Assembly (NCBI GenBank): GCA_033549025.1
Contig: JAWSUS010000001.1
Location: 235,685 to 299,684 of the forward strand
From: Desulfuromonadales bacterium
Lineage (GTDB): Bacteria; Desulfobacterota; Desulfuromonadia; Desulfuromonadales; SZUA-540
Length of the DNA: 64,000 bases
Reading direction: 5' to 3'
A program made the translations under genes and the position numbers. The notes beneath the pieces are model-generated. The model was not told where the DNA came from. It ran no database searches and worked only from the letters and a program-made list of their open reading frames with translations. Positions within the stretch are counted from its first letter, which is position 1, and each line of letters begins with the position of its first letter. Shown here piece after piece: positions 9,855-19,483 of the stretch.

Positions 9855-10244
9855 TCAGTTCAGGAGGTCTTGGGGCACATTTCCGCCGTTGGCGGCAATG
9901 CGTGCGAGAACGGTTTTGTGCAGCCAAACATTCATTTTCGCTGAATCTCCCATCAAATCATCCGGGCAGCCCAACTCCTTGGCCATGGCCTTACGCGCAG
10001 TGAAACTGCTGTCGATATCGAGGAGCTTCAGCAAGTCGACAATGGAGGTCCGCCAGTTCAGTTTCTGTGGGTTAGCCGCCGCACGCTGCTCCAGTTGCGC
10101 GACGACATCGACAAGCGTGACCGCCTTGGGTGCTGGCGTTGCATCCTGTCCCGTGCCTGGGGGTGCCTCGGTGGAAGCGGTGGCGGCAGCTGCGCTGTCG
10201 CTTTCGATGCCAAGTTTGGCGAGAATCTTGCTGAAGAATCCCAT
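9855..10244 (-). CDS. DUF3597 family protein
   Basis: LNWRTSIVDLLKLLDIDSS...R..AKELG...DSAKMNVWLHK..A.NGG; ATG 10244 with AAGGAG RBS. Confidence 0.85.
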   Translation of the reverse strand: MGFFSKILAKLGIESDSAAAATASTEAPPGTGQDATPAPKAVTLVDVVAQLEQRAAANPQKLNWRTSIVDLLKLLDIDSSFTARKAMAKELGCPDDLMGDSAKMNVWLHKTVLARIAANGGNVPQDLLN

Positions 10245-10376
10245 GGTCGCTCCTTTCATGGTGTGCTTGATGGTTTGTCCATGTTGATAAGGACACGAAG
10301 GTTCAAGTCCATTACATTCTACTTCCTTACCGCACTTTGTCGACTGATCAACAAGGACACAAACAGTCAAAAGTCC

Positions 10377-10413
10377 AAAAAAAAGGCGAAACAGCTAAAT
10401 AGCCGTTTCGCCT
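10377..10413 (-). terminator. Rho-independent terminator downstream of tRNA-Leu
   Basis: Stem AGGCGAAACGGCTA/TAGCTGTTTCGCCT followed by a T-run on the minus strand. Confidence 0.85.
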
Positions 10414-10422
10414 ATACTTTCT

Positions 10423-10509
10423 TGGTGCCCGGGACGGGAATCGAACCCGTACAGCCATAAGGCCGAGGGATTTTAAGTCCCTTGCGTCTGCCAGTTCCGC
10501 CACCCGGGC
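10423..10509 (-). tRNA. tRNA-Leu (anticodon UAA), CCA encoded
   Basis: Reverse complement GCCCGGGTGGCGGAACTGGCAGACGC-AAGGGACTTAAAATCCCT-long variable arm-GGGTTCGATTCCC-GTCCCGGGCACCA; 87 nt class II cloverleaf. Confidence 0.97.
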
Positions 10510-10521
10510 AATGCAGCGCTA

Positions 10522-10551
10522 AAACTAATCAATTTGACCGGGAAGTGTCAA
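10522..10551 (-). promoter_or_regulatory. Putative sigma70 promoter of tRNA-Leu
   Basis: Minus strand TTGACA-N18-TAGTTT just upstream of the tRNA 5' end. Confidence 0.55.
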
Positions 10552-10601
10552 CCGAAAACATGGTATGTTACGGGCATTGATCAACTTTCAAAGGAGACTG
10601 C

Positions 10602-11042
10602 GTGAATAACCAAACCCTCGAATGTCCCCGATGCGGGGAGGCTGTCACCGTCTATCGCAACCCTGTCCCCACCGTGGATATCATTATTCGCCGCGGCAAC
10701 ACGATCGTCCTGATCAAACGTAAAAATCCGCCGCTAGGTTGGGCCTTGCCGGGCGGATTTGTCGATTACGGCGAATCCCTGGAGGAAGCGGCGGTGCGAG
10801 AAGCGAAGGAAGAAACGGGGCTGGAACTGACCGAACTGACCCAGTTCGGCGCCTATTCGGACCCGGCGCGGGATCCCCGTCAACACACCATCTCTTTTGT
10901 CTTTACCGCCAGGGGGCAAGGCACGCTGGCCAGTGGCGACGATGCCGCTGAGGCCGGCTGGTTCGACCTGGATAATCTGCCGGCCCCCCTGTGCTTCGAT
11001 CACGCCAAAATCTTGCAGGACTACCGGGACAGACAGGAGTAA
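10602..11042 (+). CDS. NUDIX hydrolase (ADP-ribose pyrophosphatase-like)
   Basis: Nudix box [36 protein letters not shown]-terminal CPRC; RBS AAGGAG. Confidence 0.93.
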   Translation: MNNQTLECPRCGEAVTVYRNPVPTVDIIIRRGNTIVLIKRKNPPLGWALPGGFVDYGESLEEAAVREAKEETGLELTELTQFGAYSDPARDPRQHTISFVFTARGQGTLASGDDAAEAGWFDLDNLPAPLCFDHAKILQDYRDRQE

Positions 11043-11048
11043 TTTCAG

Positions 11049-11879
11049 TCAGTCAAAGAAATGGATTTCGGGCTCTTCGGGGAGCAGGCCATATTTGGCG
11101 CTAAGATGGAAAAAGTGCCGCACCCCACGAAGGTGCTCTTCACCCAGGTCATAGGACATGCACTGCCAGTAGTCCACCAGGCCCTCTTCACCCATCCACG
11201 CTTTTTCCGGGGTCTCCGCCGCCAGCTCTCCCAGGTTTGCCATGGCCCGCTTGCGGGATTGCGCCAGCTGCCGTCTTAGAGCACGCAGGGCATCCCCTTT
11301 TTTTTCTGCCGCATCGCGACGCAAAATCCACAGCGCAAAAACAAACGGCAATCCGGTGAAACGCTTCCACAGGCCCCCCAGATCATAGATCTGCTGTCCT
11401 TCGACACGATTGCGGGCAGCCCGCAGCGCCCGATCGCCGATCAGAAGCGCGGTCTTTCCCTCGGCGATCAGCTCTTCAACGGGGCGATCAGGCACGGTGC
11501 TGCGGAAATTTTCGCACCCCAGGTATTCTCGCAGGAGAACCTGAAGGAGATTGATCGAGGTAGCGGATTCGCCTGTCAGATAAAACACCTCATCTTTCAA
11601 GTCTTCCAGATTTCTGGGTGAAAACAGCAGGACGCTCTGGACGTCGCCGAAGGAACTGATGGAATGTTCCGGCAAAAGGAGGTACTGACGCCAGTTGCGG
11701 GCGTATTCAAAGGAGGACGAGGGGCTGACGTCGATATCGCCTTCGTGAAGCATGGCATTGAGACTTGAAGGAACACCCTGCACGATGCGGGCGGCATGCC
11801 CTTCCAGCGTTGCGGGCAGAAAGTGAAAAAACGGGACGCAGTTAATATAGTGGATGTGGCCGATATTCAATACTGTCAT
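11049..11879 (-). CDS. mqnA: Chorismate dehydratase (futalosine menaquinone pathway)
   Basis: IGHIHYINCVP, V.SVLLFS, SATS..L, LLIGDRAL, DLG..W...TGLPFVFALW. Confidence 0.9.
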   Translation of the reverse strand: MTVLNIGHIHYINCVPFFHFLPATLEGHAARIVQGVPSSLNAMLHEGDIDVSPSSSFEYARNWRQYLLLPEHSISSFGDVQSVLLFSPRNLEDLKDEVFYLTGESATSINLLQVLLREYLGCENFRSTVPDRPVEELIAEGKTALLIGDRALRAARNRVEGQQIYDLGGLWKRFTGLPFVFALWILRRDAAEKKGDALRALRRQLAQSRKRAMANLGELAAETPEKAWMGEEGLVDYWQCMSYDLGEEHLRGVRHFFHLSAKYGLLPEEPEIHFFD

Positions 11880-13378
11880 GGTTTCATTCGCAAAACAGGG
11901 TCAGTTGCGAGAGGATCCTCTACAGCGGATACATAGATGCCCTGGCTTTCGAGGAGCATCCCGGTAACCCGCAGGTATTCCGTCACGCTTTGGTTATAGT
12001 CGACCAGGGCAAGGGTATGCTCGGTGCGGGCCAGCGAGAGGTCTTCTTCTCCTTCCAAAACGTCCCGGGTAGTGGCAAGCCCGACTTCCTGGCGTTTAAG
12101 CAGAATGTGCAGCTTTTTATCGGCCAGCGCCGTGCCAAGCTCGGTGACCTCGATCTTTTTCCGGCTGACCTCCAGGGTACGCACTGCCTGACGAATATCA
12201 CGGCGAACTTCCTGCTTCTTCTGGGCAAGCTGGGCCTCCTGGCTTTTACGCAGCAGAGCGCTCCGGTGAGCTTCATAGCGAGCGGCACGATTGCCGAGCG
12301 GATACGACAGCGTCAAGCCCACCTCCCAGTTTTCAAAATCGCCCGAAGCCATCTCATCGTGACTGTCGGCGTAACCATCTCCCAACCCTTTGTATCCGTA
12401 GCTGGCCACCAGGTCGACAGCGGGAAGCTGCTGATTTTTGGCCAGGGTGTTTTCCAACTCAAGCTTTTCAAGCTGCCGGAGGTGGCGCTGAATTTCCGGA
12501 CGCCGGCGCAAGGCCTGCTGATAACCCTCCTCTCCATCGACGACCAAGGCCTCGGCCGCCAGGGAAGTTTCCGTCAATTCGGGTGAAGCGTCAGCAGCCA
12601 CCAGAACGGCCAGCTCATCCAGGGCATCACGATAGGCCTGTTGGGTCTCCAACAGTTCTCTTTCGCGCACATTGAGGCCAACCTCGGCTTCGAGGATTTC
12701 ATGCTGCGGCAGAACTTCGGCCTCGACGCGGGCCTTGTTCTCGGCCAGAACCCGGCGGGCCAGCGCGACAGAGGCTTCGCGCGTACGCAGGGTTTCTCGC
12801 ACACCCAGGGCCTGAAAATAGGTATCCCGCACCTGGGCTACCAGCTGAGAGGCCCTCAGCAGCAGGTCCGTCAAGGAGGCTTCTCGCTCCTTGGTCGCCA
12901 AAACGATAGCCTGTTCGGTAGGCAACAGCCCTAAATTTTTGAGGAGAGGCTGACGCAGGGTCAGGGCTACTTCGCCGGTATAGGCCGGGTTGATAGCCCC
13001 AGCCGGTTCGTCGTCCTGCCGACGGGAAGCATAGACCAGCCCGACATCGGCGCCCGTGGGAAGCTTCTGCAAAAGCGAAAAGGAGAGCTGTCGGTAGCGG
13101 CTTTCCGCCCCCCTGAACGAAGGGGTATAGAACAGATTGAGGGGCTCCTGCCCCTGCCCTTCGGTGTAGGACAGCTCGGCCCGGGGATCGTACAGGCCGA
13201 ATCCTTTCAGCTCCAAGGCGCGGCTGGCCCGGTGCTGCAGCTGTTGGGCCTTGAGATCGAGATTGCGTTCGATGGCAAGACGTTGTGCCTGCGCCAGGTC
13301 AAGAGAAAGAGAGGGAGCGGCCCAAACATCCTCCTGGAAAACGACCAGAGCTATCAGAAGAACCAAAAACCATCTCAT
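11876..13378 (-). CDS. TolC-family outer membrane efflux protein
   Basis: Signal peptide, A..LA.ERNLDL, LTLRQPLL, LP.VDL.ASY, GL.LSYPLGN, G.AT..DVL repeats of OEP domains. Confidence 0.88.
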   Translation of the reverse strand: MRWFLVLLIALVVFQEDVWAAPSLSLDLAQAQRLAIERNLDLKAQQLQHRASRALELKGFGLYDPRAELSYTEGQGQEPLNLFYTPSFRGAESRYRQLSFSLLQKLPTGADVGLVYASRRQDDEPAGAINPAYTGEVALTLRQPLLKNLGLLPTEQAIVLATKEREASLTDLLLRASQLVAQVRDTYFQALGVRETLRTREASVALARRVLAENKARVEAEVLPQHEILEAEVGLNVRERELLETQQAYRDALDELAVLVAADASPELTETSLAAEALVVDGEEGYQQALRRRPEIQRHLRQLEKLELENTLAKNQQLPAVDLVASYGYKGLGDGYADSHDEMASGDFENWEVGLTLSYPLGNRAARYEAHRSALLRKSQEAQLAQKKQEVRRDIRQAVRTLEVSRKKIEVTELGTALADKKLHILLKRQEVGLATTRDVLEGEEDLSLARTEHTLALVDYNQSVTEYLRVTGMLLESQGIYVSAVEDPLATDPVLRMKP

Positions 13379-13776
13379 TGAAATTCGATGCGGGCGATGT
13401 CGCTGGTGCGAATCTGGTAGTTTCCGTAAGAAGTTTTCCCATAAAACATGGCTCTTTTGCGGCTGACAACCTTGAGTGTTTCTCCCGATTTCAAGGCCAG
13501 CCTGGCCTGAACATCTTCCCCGCTGATATCACCAAATTCGATGGATTTTAAGTTCCGGAAAAATACCGTCACCTTGCCGTCCCCCAACCATCCCTCGAAG
13601 TACGTGTTTCCATCCATGGAAAACTGGGATATCGCCGTATTGGTGCCGCTGCGATCGAGCAGACTGACCGCATGATTTTCGTCAGGTTCAGGGACCGAAC
13701 CCTGCGGACCGCCTCCCATACCCAACAGGACCAGGGCGCCCAGAAGGACAAAAATGGACAGCCACACACGTTTCAT
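13375..13776 (-). CDS. Hypothetical exported protein
   Basis: N-terminal signal/TM ending LLGMGG, small beta-rich domain; RBS AAGGAG; ATGA overlap with the TolC gene. Confidence 0.75.
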   Translation of the reverse strand: MKRVWLSIFVLLGALVLLGMGGGPQGSVPEPDENHAVSLLDRSGTNTAISQFSMDGNTYFEGWLGDGKVTVFFRNLKSIEFGDISGEDVQARLALKSGETLKVVSRKRAMFYGKTSYGNYQIRTSDIARIEFQ

Positions 13777-13815
13777 TAGGGTCTCCTTTCGGCAAAGACT
13801 ATTTCTGGTAGGTGC

Positions 13816-14667
13816 TCAACAACCACTCTGGAGAGGTTGACGTGAATCCTTGAAGGTCCATTCCGGGTTTACGTACCGTGTGCAGGCAAGCTGTTGGGCC
13901 AGCGTCCACTCGGCTGCTGTTACCTGATCTGGCACCAGGGTAATTCCGAGGCAGCGGATAAAGGTCTCAATAAGTTTTAGCTCCAGCATATCAATCGTGA
14001 CAGGATGATCAAGCCAGCGGTTGACCCAGCCAATCTTCTGGCCGTAGGCGGACACCCCCTGCCCTTTACAGTCGACTGCCCCAGGAGTCAACACCCGATA
14101 GAGGACATCCAGATCAAGATCCAAGGGAATAGAGCCGTGCTGGAGAAAAACCCCATCCCCTCGCTTCTGCGAGCTTCCGGCGATTTTACAACCCCGACAG
14201 GTCAACTCATAATGTGACACAGCGGTAAAGCAGGCGCTCTCAGGCGCTGTCCTGGGTACTTTTTCGCTAAGCTGTCCGGGGGCCAACTGCACATCGAGCC
14301 CGCAGTCCCTGAGGGTCTGCCCGACGATATCCGCGATTATACGGTAACTGGACAACACCCCCGCCGGAAAAAGGCTTGTGCGATCGGGAGAGACCACTGA
14401 GTAGGTTACCTCCCGATCATGCAGCACCGCTCTGCCGCCTGTCATGCGCCGCACGACCTGAATCCCCAGTTCCGCACAGGCCCCCAGGTTGACGGCCTGG
14501 TGTGTTCGCTGGGCGTATCCCAGGCTCACTGTCGGCGGCTGCCAGCGATAGAGCCTTAGCACAGGCGGCGACTGACCGCACCGGACGGCCTCCCACAGAG
14601 ACTCATCCAGAGCCATATTAAGCGAGCCGGAGAGCGGCCCGGTCTGCAGAAGCCGCCACGAAGACAA
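13816..14667 (-). CDS. Lipoate-protein ligase A / octanoyltransferase LipM-like
   Basis: NMALDE, LRLYRW..PTVSLGY, VVRRMTGGRAVLHD.E.TYS, KIAGSSQ, LQHGSI. Confidence 0.9.
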   Translation of the reverse strand: MSSWRLLQTGPLSGSLNMALDESLWEAVRCGQSPPVLRLYRWQPPTVSLGYAQRTHQAVNLGACAELGIQVVRRMTGGRAVLHDREVTYSVVSPDRTSLFPAGVLSSYRIIADIVGQTLRDCGLDVQLAPGQLSEKVPRTAPESACFTAVSHYELTCRGCKIAGSSQKRGDGVFLQHGSIPLDLDLDVLYRVLTPGAVDCKGQGVSAYGQKIGWVNRWLDHPVTIDMLELKLIETFIRCLGITLVPDQVTAAEWTLAQQLACTRYVNPEWTFKDSRQPLQSGC

Positions 14668-14679
14668 GCGCCTACCCCC

Positions 14680-14714
14680 AAAGAGAAAAAGCCAGGAAGG
14701 CCCCTGACTTTTTC
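14680..14714 (-). terminator. Putative terminator after accC
   Basis: Minus strand GAAAAAGTCAGG-ggcctt-CCTGGCTTTTTC then TCTTT. Confidence 0.6.
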
Positions 14715-14720
14715 CGTCTA

Positions 14721-16058
14721 CTAGAAGAACAGTCGTTCCATGAAACCTGTATCAACCTTGCCTTCCATGAAATCCTTGTTCGCCATAATGCGTTGATGCA
14801 AGGAGATGGAAGTGCGTATCCCCTCGATAATATATTCATCCAGGGCCCGTGACATGCGCTGAATGGCTTCTTCACGCGTATCCGCATGGACGATGAGTTT
14901 GGCAATCATGGAATCGTAGTGGGGAAGAACCGTGTACTTGTCATAAACGGCACTGTCCACCCGTACGCCAAGTCCGCCGGGGGTGTGATACCCATCGATC
15001 TTTCCGGGAGAGGGCGTGAACTTCACCGGATCTTCCGCATTGATGCGGCATTCGATGGCATGACCGTGGAACTTCACATCCGATTGCTTGTAGCGCAGGG
15101 GAAGCCCGTAAGCTGAGCGTATCTGCTCTTTGATGATGTCGATGCCCGTGATCATCTCGGTGACGGGATGCTCCACCTGAACACGGGTATTCATCTCCAT
15201 GAAATAGAAGCTGCCATCCTGATCCAGGAGAAATTCCATGGTGCCGACACTGGTGTAGTTGACCGCCTTGGCTGCGGCTACGGCACACTCTCCCATCTTT
15301 TTGCGGACGTCGGGGTTCAGCACCGGGCAGGGGGCCTCTTCGACCAACTTCTGGTGACGACGCTGGATCGAGCAGTCACGCTCGCCGAGGTGAATCACGT
15401 TGCCATGCTTGTCGGCCAGAATCTGGATTTCCACGTGGCGCGGCTTTTCGCAGAACTTCTCGATGTAGACGTCAGGGTTGCCAAATCCGGCCTGGGCCTC
15501 GGAACGGGCTGCCGCGAAGGCATTGCCCAAAGAAGCCGGCGAATGGACCACCTTCATGCCGCGACCACCGCCGCCGGCGGTCGCCTTGATGATGACCGGA
15601 TAACCGATCTCATCGGCAATGCGCTTGGCCTCTTCAACGGAAAAGACGCCCTCTTTGGTGCCGGGGAGAATGGGGACACCGGCCTCGGTCACGGTCTGGC
15701 GGGCCCGGATCTTGTCTCCCATGCGCCGCATGTTTTCAGGTGTGGGACCGATGAAGGTGATGCCGCAGTTGGCACAGATTTCAGCGAACTCAGCGTTTTC
15801 CGACAAAAAGCCGTAGCCGGGATGAATCGCCTCGGCGTCGGTGACTTCGGCGGCGCTGATAATGGCCTGCATGTTCAGATAGCTTTCCGAGCTGGGAGCC
15901 GGGCCGATGCAGATACTCTCGTCGGCCATTTTGACATGCAGGGCCTCGTGGTCAGCCGTCGAATGGACCGCAACGGTTTTGATCCCCATTTCCTTGCAGG
16001 CGCGGATGATGCGCAGGGCGATCTCTCCGCGGTTAGCGATCAGGACCTTGTGAAACAT
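14721..16058 (-). CDS. accC: Acetyl-CoA carboxylase biotin carboxylase
   Basis: [52 protein letters not shown]. Confidence 0.97.
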   Translation of the reverse strand: MFHKVLIANRGEIALRIIRACKEMGIKTVAVHSTADHEALHVKMADESICIGPAPSSESYLNMQAIISAAEVTDAEAIHPGYGFLSENAEFAEICANCGITFIGPTPENMRRMGDKIRARQTVTEAGVPILPGTKEGVFSVEEAKRIADEIGYPVIIKATAGGGGRGMKVVHSPASLGNAFAAARSEAQAGFGNPDVYIEKFCEKPRHVEIQILADKHGNVIHLGERDCSIQRRHQKLVEEAPCPVLNPDVRKKMGECAVAAAKAVNYTSVGTMEFLLDQDGSFYFMEMNTRVQVEHPVTEMITGIDIIKEQIRSAYGLPLRYKQSDVKFHGHAIECRINAEDPVKFTPSPGKIDGYHTPGGLGVRVDSAVYDKYTVLPHYDSMIAKLIVHADTREEAIQRMSRALDEYIIEGIRTSISLHQRIMANKDFMEGKVDTGFMERLFF

Positions 16059-16144
16059 GGATTCATCTACTCCTATAAATGCTTCGATAATTCGAAAGAG
16101 TCAGCCGACGAAAGGCGGCCGCCCCGAGAGCGCTCTATCAAAAA

Positions 16145-16624
16145 TTAGAGCTTCTCGACCACAAAGAGAGGGTCTCCGAATTCCACAGGCTGAGCGTTCT
16201 CTTTGAGAATTTCAACGACCTTGCATTTGAAGTCGGCCTCGATTTCGTTCATCAGCTTCATGGCTTCCACAATGCAGAAGACCTGACCCTTTTCGACAAT
16301 GGAGCCAACCTCGACATACGACGCCGATTCCGGAGAAGGCGCACGGTAGAAGGTACCGACAATGGGGGAATTGATGATTTCCTGCCGCTCGCCGAGGACC
16401 GGACCAGCAGCCGGTGCCGCCGGAGCGGGGGCAACGGGTGCCTGCATGACAGGGGCAGCAGCCATAGCCGGAGCAGCCATTTGAGCCGGAGCGGTCACAT
16501 GAACGATCTCCTGGGTCTTGCCACGGCGGATGGAAATCTTTTCTTCCGTGTTCTCCATTTCGAATTCGGTGATATCCGTTTCCGTGACCATCTTGATCAG
16601 TGTTTTCAGATCCTTGATATCCAT
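16145..16624 (-). CDS. accB: Acetyl-CoA carboxylase biotin carboxyl carrier protein
   Basis: Ala/Pro linker, SPIVGTFY, EAMKLMNEI biotinylation motif. Confidence 0.97.
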   Translation of the reverse strand: MDIKDLKTLIKMVTETDITEFEMENTEEKISIRRGKTQEIVHVTAPAQMAAPAMAAAPVMQAPVAPAPAAPAAGPVLGERQEIINSPIVGTFYRAPSPESASYVEVGSIVEKGQVFCIVEAMKLMNEIEADFKCKVVEILKENAQPVEFGDPLFVVEKL

Positions 16625-16708
16625 TTATATCCTCCTGTTATTTTTCGTGAAACACCGGGATGGCTCAAGAAAGCCCACCCTCTGAACATGCGATATGCCT
16701 CCACCCTC

Positions 16709-17782
16709 TCAACAGGGCAGAACGGTATAGCTTTTGGGTATTTTAGTCACGGTGCGGTAGCCGTCCCTGGTCACCAGCACCATATCCTCGATGCGAACAC
16801 CGCCTGTCCCGGGCAGATATATGCCCGGTTCGATGGTAAAAACCATGCCCTCCGCCGCCACATCTTCGCTTCGCGATGACAATGTGGGTGCTTCATGAAC
16901 CTGCAGGCCGACTCCGTGCCCTAAGCCATGGCCGAAATAATCGCCGTAACCATGGGCCTGAATATGTTCTCGTGCCGCCGCGTCAACATCCTGAAGCCGT
17001 ACCCCCGGACGCACCAGCTGCATGGCCCTGTCATGGGCCTCCAGGACAATATTGTAAATGTCTCGCAGCCTGGATGGAACCTCACCGACTGCAAGCGTGA
17101 CGGTCTCATCAGAATGGTAGCCGTCAAGGCGCGTGCCAAAGTCGATGGTTACGAGATCCCCTTCAGCAATCACCTTGTCCGAAGCGACTCCATGGGGCAA
17201 TGCCCCGCGAAGACCGGAAGCGACGATCAGGTCAAAGGATCGATCCTCCCCTCCCCGGCGCCGCATGGCAAACTCCAAGGCCAGCGCGATATCTCTTTCG
17301 GACACGCCCGGCCTGATCTGGGGCTGTATCTCAAAAAAGGCCTCAGCGGCAATAGTGGCGGCTTTCTCAATGCAAGCCACCTCGTCAGCCTCTTTAGTCG
17401 CCCGCAGGTCTCGGAGTTCTTTTCCGAGAGGGATCCATTCCAAGGCAAGGTTGCTTTCTTTCAAGCGCTGGAGTTCAGCGCATGTCATCGCCTCTGCCTC
17501 AAAACCGACCCGCAGGCATCCTTCGGATAAAAGGAAGGATGTCACGCCTTCTGCCTTGAGCCGGTATTCTCTCACCTCTGCCGCCATGACCTGCTGACGG
17601 GCCTGAGACGTGTATCGAGAATCCGTAAGGAAGCAGGTTTTTTGGCGGGTGAGGACCAAAACGCCGTCCGACCCGGTAAAGCCCGAGTGATAGCGAACAT
17701 TGGCCAGCCCGGTAAAAAGCAGGGCGTCCAGGTTGTGACCCGCCAAAATGGACTGGGCAAAGGCGGTTCTGTCTTGTACCAT
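16709..17782 (-). CDS. pepQ: Xaa-Pro dipeptidase/aminopeptidase P (M24B)
   Basis: GFTGS, TDSRY, ALPHG, IDFG...[29 protein letters not shown]. Confidence 0.92.
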   Translation of the reverse strand: MVQDRTAFAQSILAGHNLDALLFTGLANVRYHSGFTGSDGVLVLTRQKTCFLTDSRYTSQARQQVMAAEVREYRLKAEGVTSFLLSEGCLRVGFEAEAMTCAELQRLKESNLALEWIPLGKELRDLRATKEADEVACIEKAATIAAEAFFEIQPQIRPGVSERDIALALEFAMRRRGGEDRSFDLIVASGLRGALPHGVASDKVIAEGDLVTIDFGTRLDGYHSDETVTLAVGEVPSRLRDIYNIVLEAHDRAMQLVRPGVRLQDVDAAAREHIQAHGYGDYFGHGLGHGVGLQVHEAPTLSSRSEDVAAEGMVFTIEPGIYLPGTGGVRIEDMVLVTRDGYRTVTKIPKSYTVLPC

Positions 17783-17808
17783 AACGGGCTTTTACCCTCA
17801 ATAACTAT

Positions 17809-18243
17809 CTATTTCAGTCTCGCTAAAAGACCGCGAATAGCCAACTTGTAGCCAATGGCCCCCAATCCGGCGATCTGCCCGAGAACGACAGGGGCCACAT
17901 ACGAATGCCGCCTGAATTCCTCTCGCGCATGGACATTGGAGAGATGGACCTCCACCGTCGGAATGGCCACCCCCGCAATGGCGTCACGAAGGGCGACACT
18001 GGTATGGGTCAGCCCCCCGGGGTTGATGATCATTCCGGCTATCCCTTCGGTCCGGGCGGCGTGAATGCGATCGATAAGAGCCCCTTCGTGATTGGATTGG
18101 AAAAAAACGAGGGTAACGCCGAGTTCCCGCCCGAGATCGGTCAGTTGCCTATTAACATCTTCAAGGGTCTCATGACCGTACACTTCCGGTTCGCGAGTGC
18201 CGAGCAGATTGAGATTGGGGCCGTGCAATACAAGGAAGGTCAT
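17809..18243 (-). CDS. aroQ: Type II 3-dehydroquinate dehydratase
   Basis: [44 protein letters not shown]. Confidence 0.97.
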   Translation of the reverse strand: MTFLVLHGPNLNLLGTREPEVYGHETLEDVNRQLTDLGRELGVTLVFFQSNHEGALIDRIHAARTEGIAGMIINPGGLTHTSVALRDAIAGVAIPTVEVHLSNVHAREEFRRHSYVAPVVLGQIAGLGAIGYKLAIRGLLARLK

Positions 18244-18252
18244 AATGGGCCT

Positions 18253-18612
18253 CTATTGAAGGGCTTCCAGAAACCTGGGCGCCTCTTTCATAAGGAGATA
18301 GCGTCCTTTGCCAAAGTTGCCATCAGACCCAACCGTCAGCGCCACAAAATAATCCTGCCCCAGGGCGCGCAAAATGACATAAAACTGGGAAGTCCTGATG
18401 GCCACTTCTTCCATGGCCCCGGTGCCAAGCACTTCAATGGTTTTCCTGATGTCTTTCAGGATATTGGCATATTCGACGGAAACGAGTTGCAGGTCGACAT
18501 CGTCAAGGGGCAGAAAATACTGGTCGATGGCGATGCCGTCATAGCCCATCAGGACGGCGCCCACGCCGCCAGGAGTCTTCTCCACGATTCCCTGCAGCAT
18601 TTCAGCGAACAT
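18253..18612 (-). CDS. mglC: Roadblock/LC7 domain protein, MglC-like
   Basis: 119 aa roadblock pattern; MGYDGI matches the MglC F-D-x-I surface motif; GNFGKGRYLL; position downstream of pilQ and upstream of accBC as in myxobacteria. Confidence 0.7.
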   Translation of the reverse strand: MFAEMLQGIVEKTPGGVGAVLMGYDGIAIDQYFLPLDDVDLQLVSVEYANILKDIRKTIEVLGTGAMEEVAIRTSQFYVILRALGQDYFVALTVGSDGNFGKGRYLLMKEAPRFLEALQ

Positions 18613-19474
18613 CCATTTTCCTCCTGTAAATCGATTCCAGCCAGCCGTTCAGGACCGTGAGCAAATCGGGACGCGGCGAAGGCTCGACCGATGGGGGTGA
18701 TATAAGATTCTCCACCTCGGGCGGAACGGCAGGGGTAAGCGAAGTATCCTTCAAAGGCGGCGTTAGGGCAGCCTTTTCGGCAGCGCCCCCCTCAGTCTCC
18801 AGAATGCGTTGTTGCAGATCGGTGAGCTTCTGCTTGACAACCGTATTCTGGGGGTCTGCCCGCAACAGGTCCCGATAGACCTTCAGGGCCCGCTGCAAAA
18901 ATCCCTGCCGAATATAAATTTCGGCGATAGTAGCAGTGGTGATCGGCTCAGCTGCCCTATCAGCTGTGTTTTCAAGAGCTTCGGAAGGTTCAGGGGCGGC
19001 GGGGGATACACCGGGCGAAGGGCCAATTCCGGCTGGTTGTGCCTCCCCCCCTTTTGCTGTCCGTTCTGTCGGCTGCGCTTTGATGGCCTCATCCTCTGCG
19101 GTCAGAGCGGCTGCTTTTCGCTGCCACTGCAGAGCCAGCTCCTGCTCCCCCAAGAGTCGGCAGGTCCGGGCGAGTTCATTGATCGCTTGGATGTTTTCAG
19201 GTTCGAGGGTCAAAGCTTTTTCAAAAGCTTGCCGCGCATCGGCCAATAATCCCTTCTCGACCTGAATACGCCCCAGGGCAAGAAACCCGCCAGGATACAG
19301 GGGTTGAGAAAGGGTACCCTGCAGGGCGATATCGAGCGCGTCATCGAGCAAACCCATGCTTCGGTACGCCTCGGCCAAGGGCACAAAGACCGTGGATTTC
19401 GGGTCACGAGACAGAATTTCAGTGTAGGAAGCGATTTTTCCAAGAAGGGTGGAGGCGGGAGAGCTGTTTGACAT
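18602..19474 (-). CDS. Tetratricopeptide repeat protein
   Basis: N-terminal TPRs (DPKSTVFVPLAEAYR, ALGRI..EKG, AL.LEPEN), Pro-rich linker, C-terminal TATIAEIYIRQG TPR. Confidence 0.85.
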   Translation of the reverse strand: MSNSSPASTLLGKIASYTEILSRDPKSTVFVPLAEAYRSMGLLDDALDIALQGTLSQPLYPGGFLALGRIQVEKGLLADARQAFEKALTLEPENIQAINELARTCRLLGEQELALQWQRKAAALTAEDEAIKAQPTERTAKGGEAQPAGIGPSPGVSPAAPEPSEALENTADRAAEPITTATIAEIYIRQGFLQRALKVYRDLLRADPQNTVVKQKLTDLQQRILETEGGAAEKAALTPPLKDTSLTPAVPPEVENLISPPSVEPSPRPDLLTVLNGWLESIYRRKMDVR

Positions 19475-19483
19475 GCGCGATAC

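Noticed and set aside
8864..10003. 379-aa plus-strand ORF across the tRNA-adjacent islet
   Set aside because: Three minus-strand genes with family motifs, RBSs and a terminator explain the region
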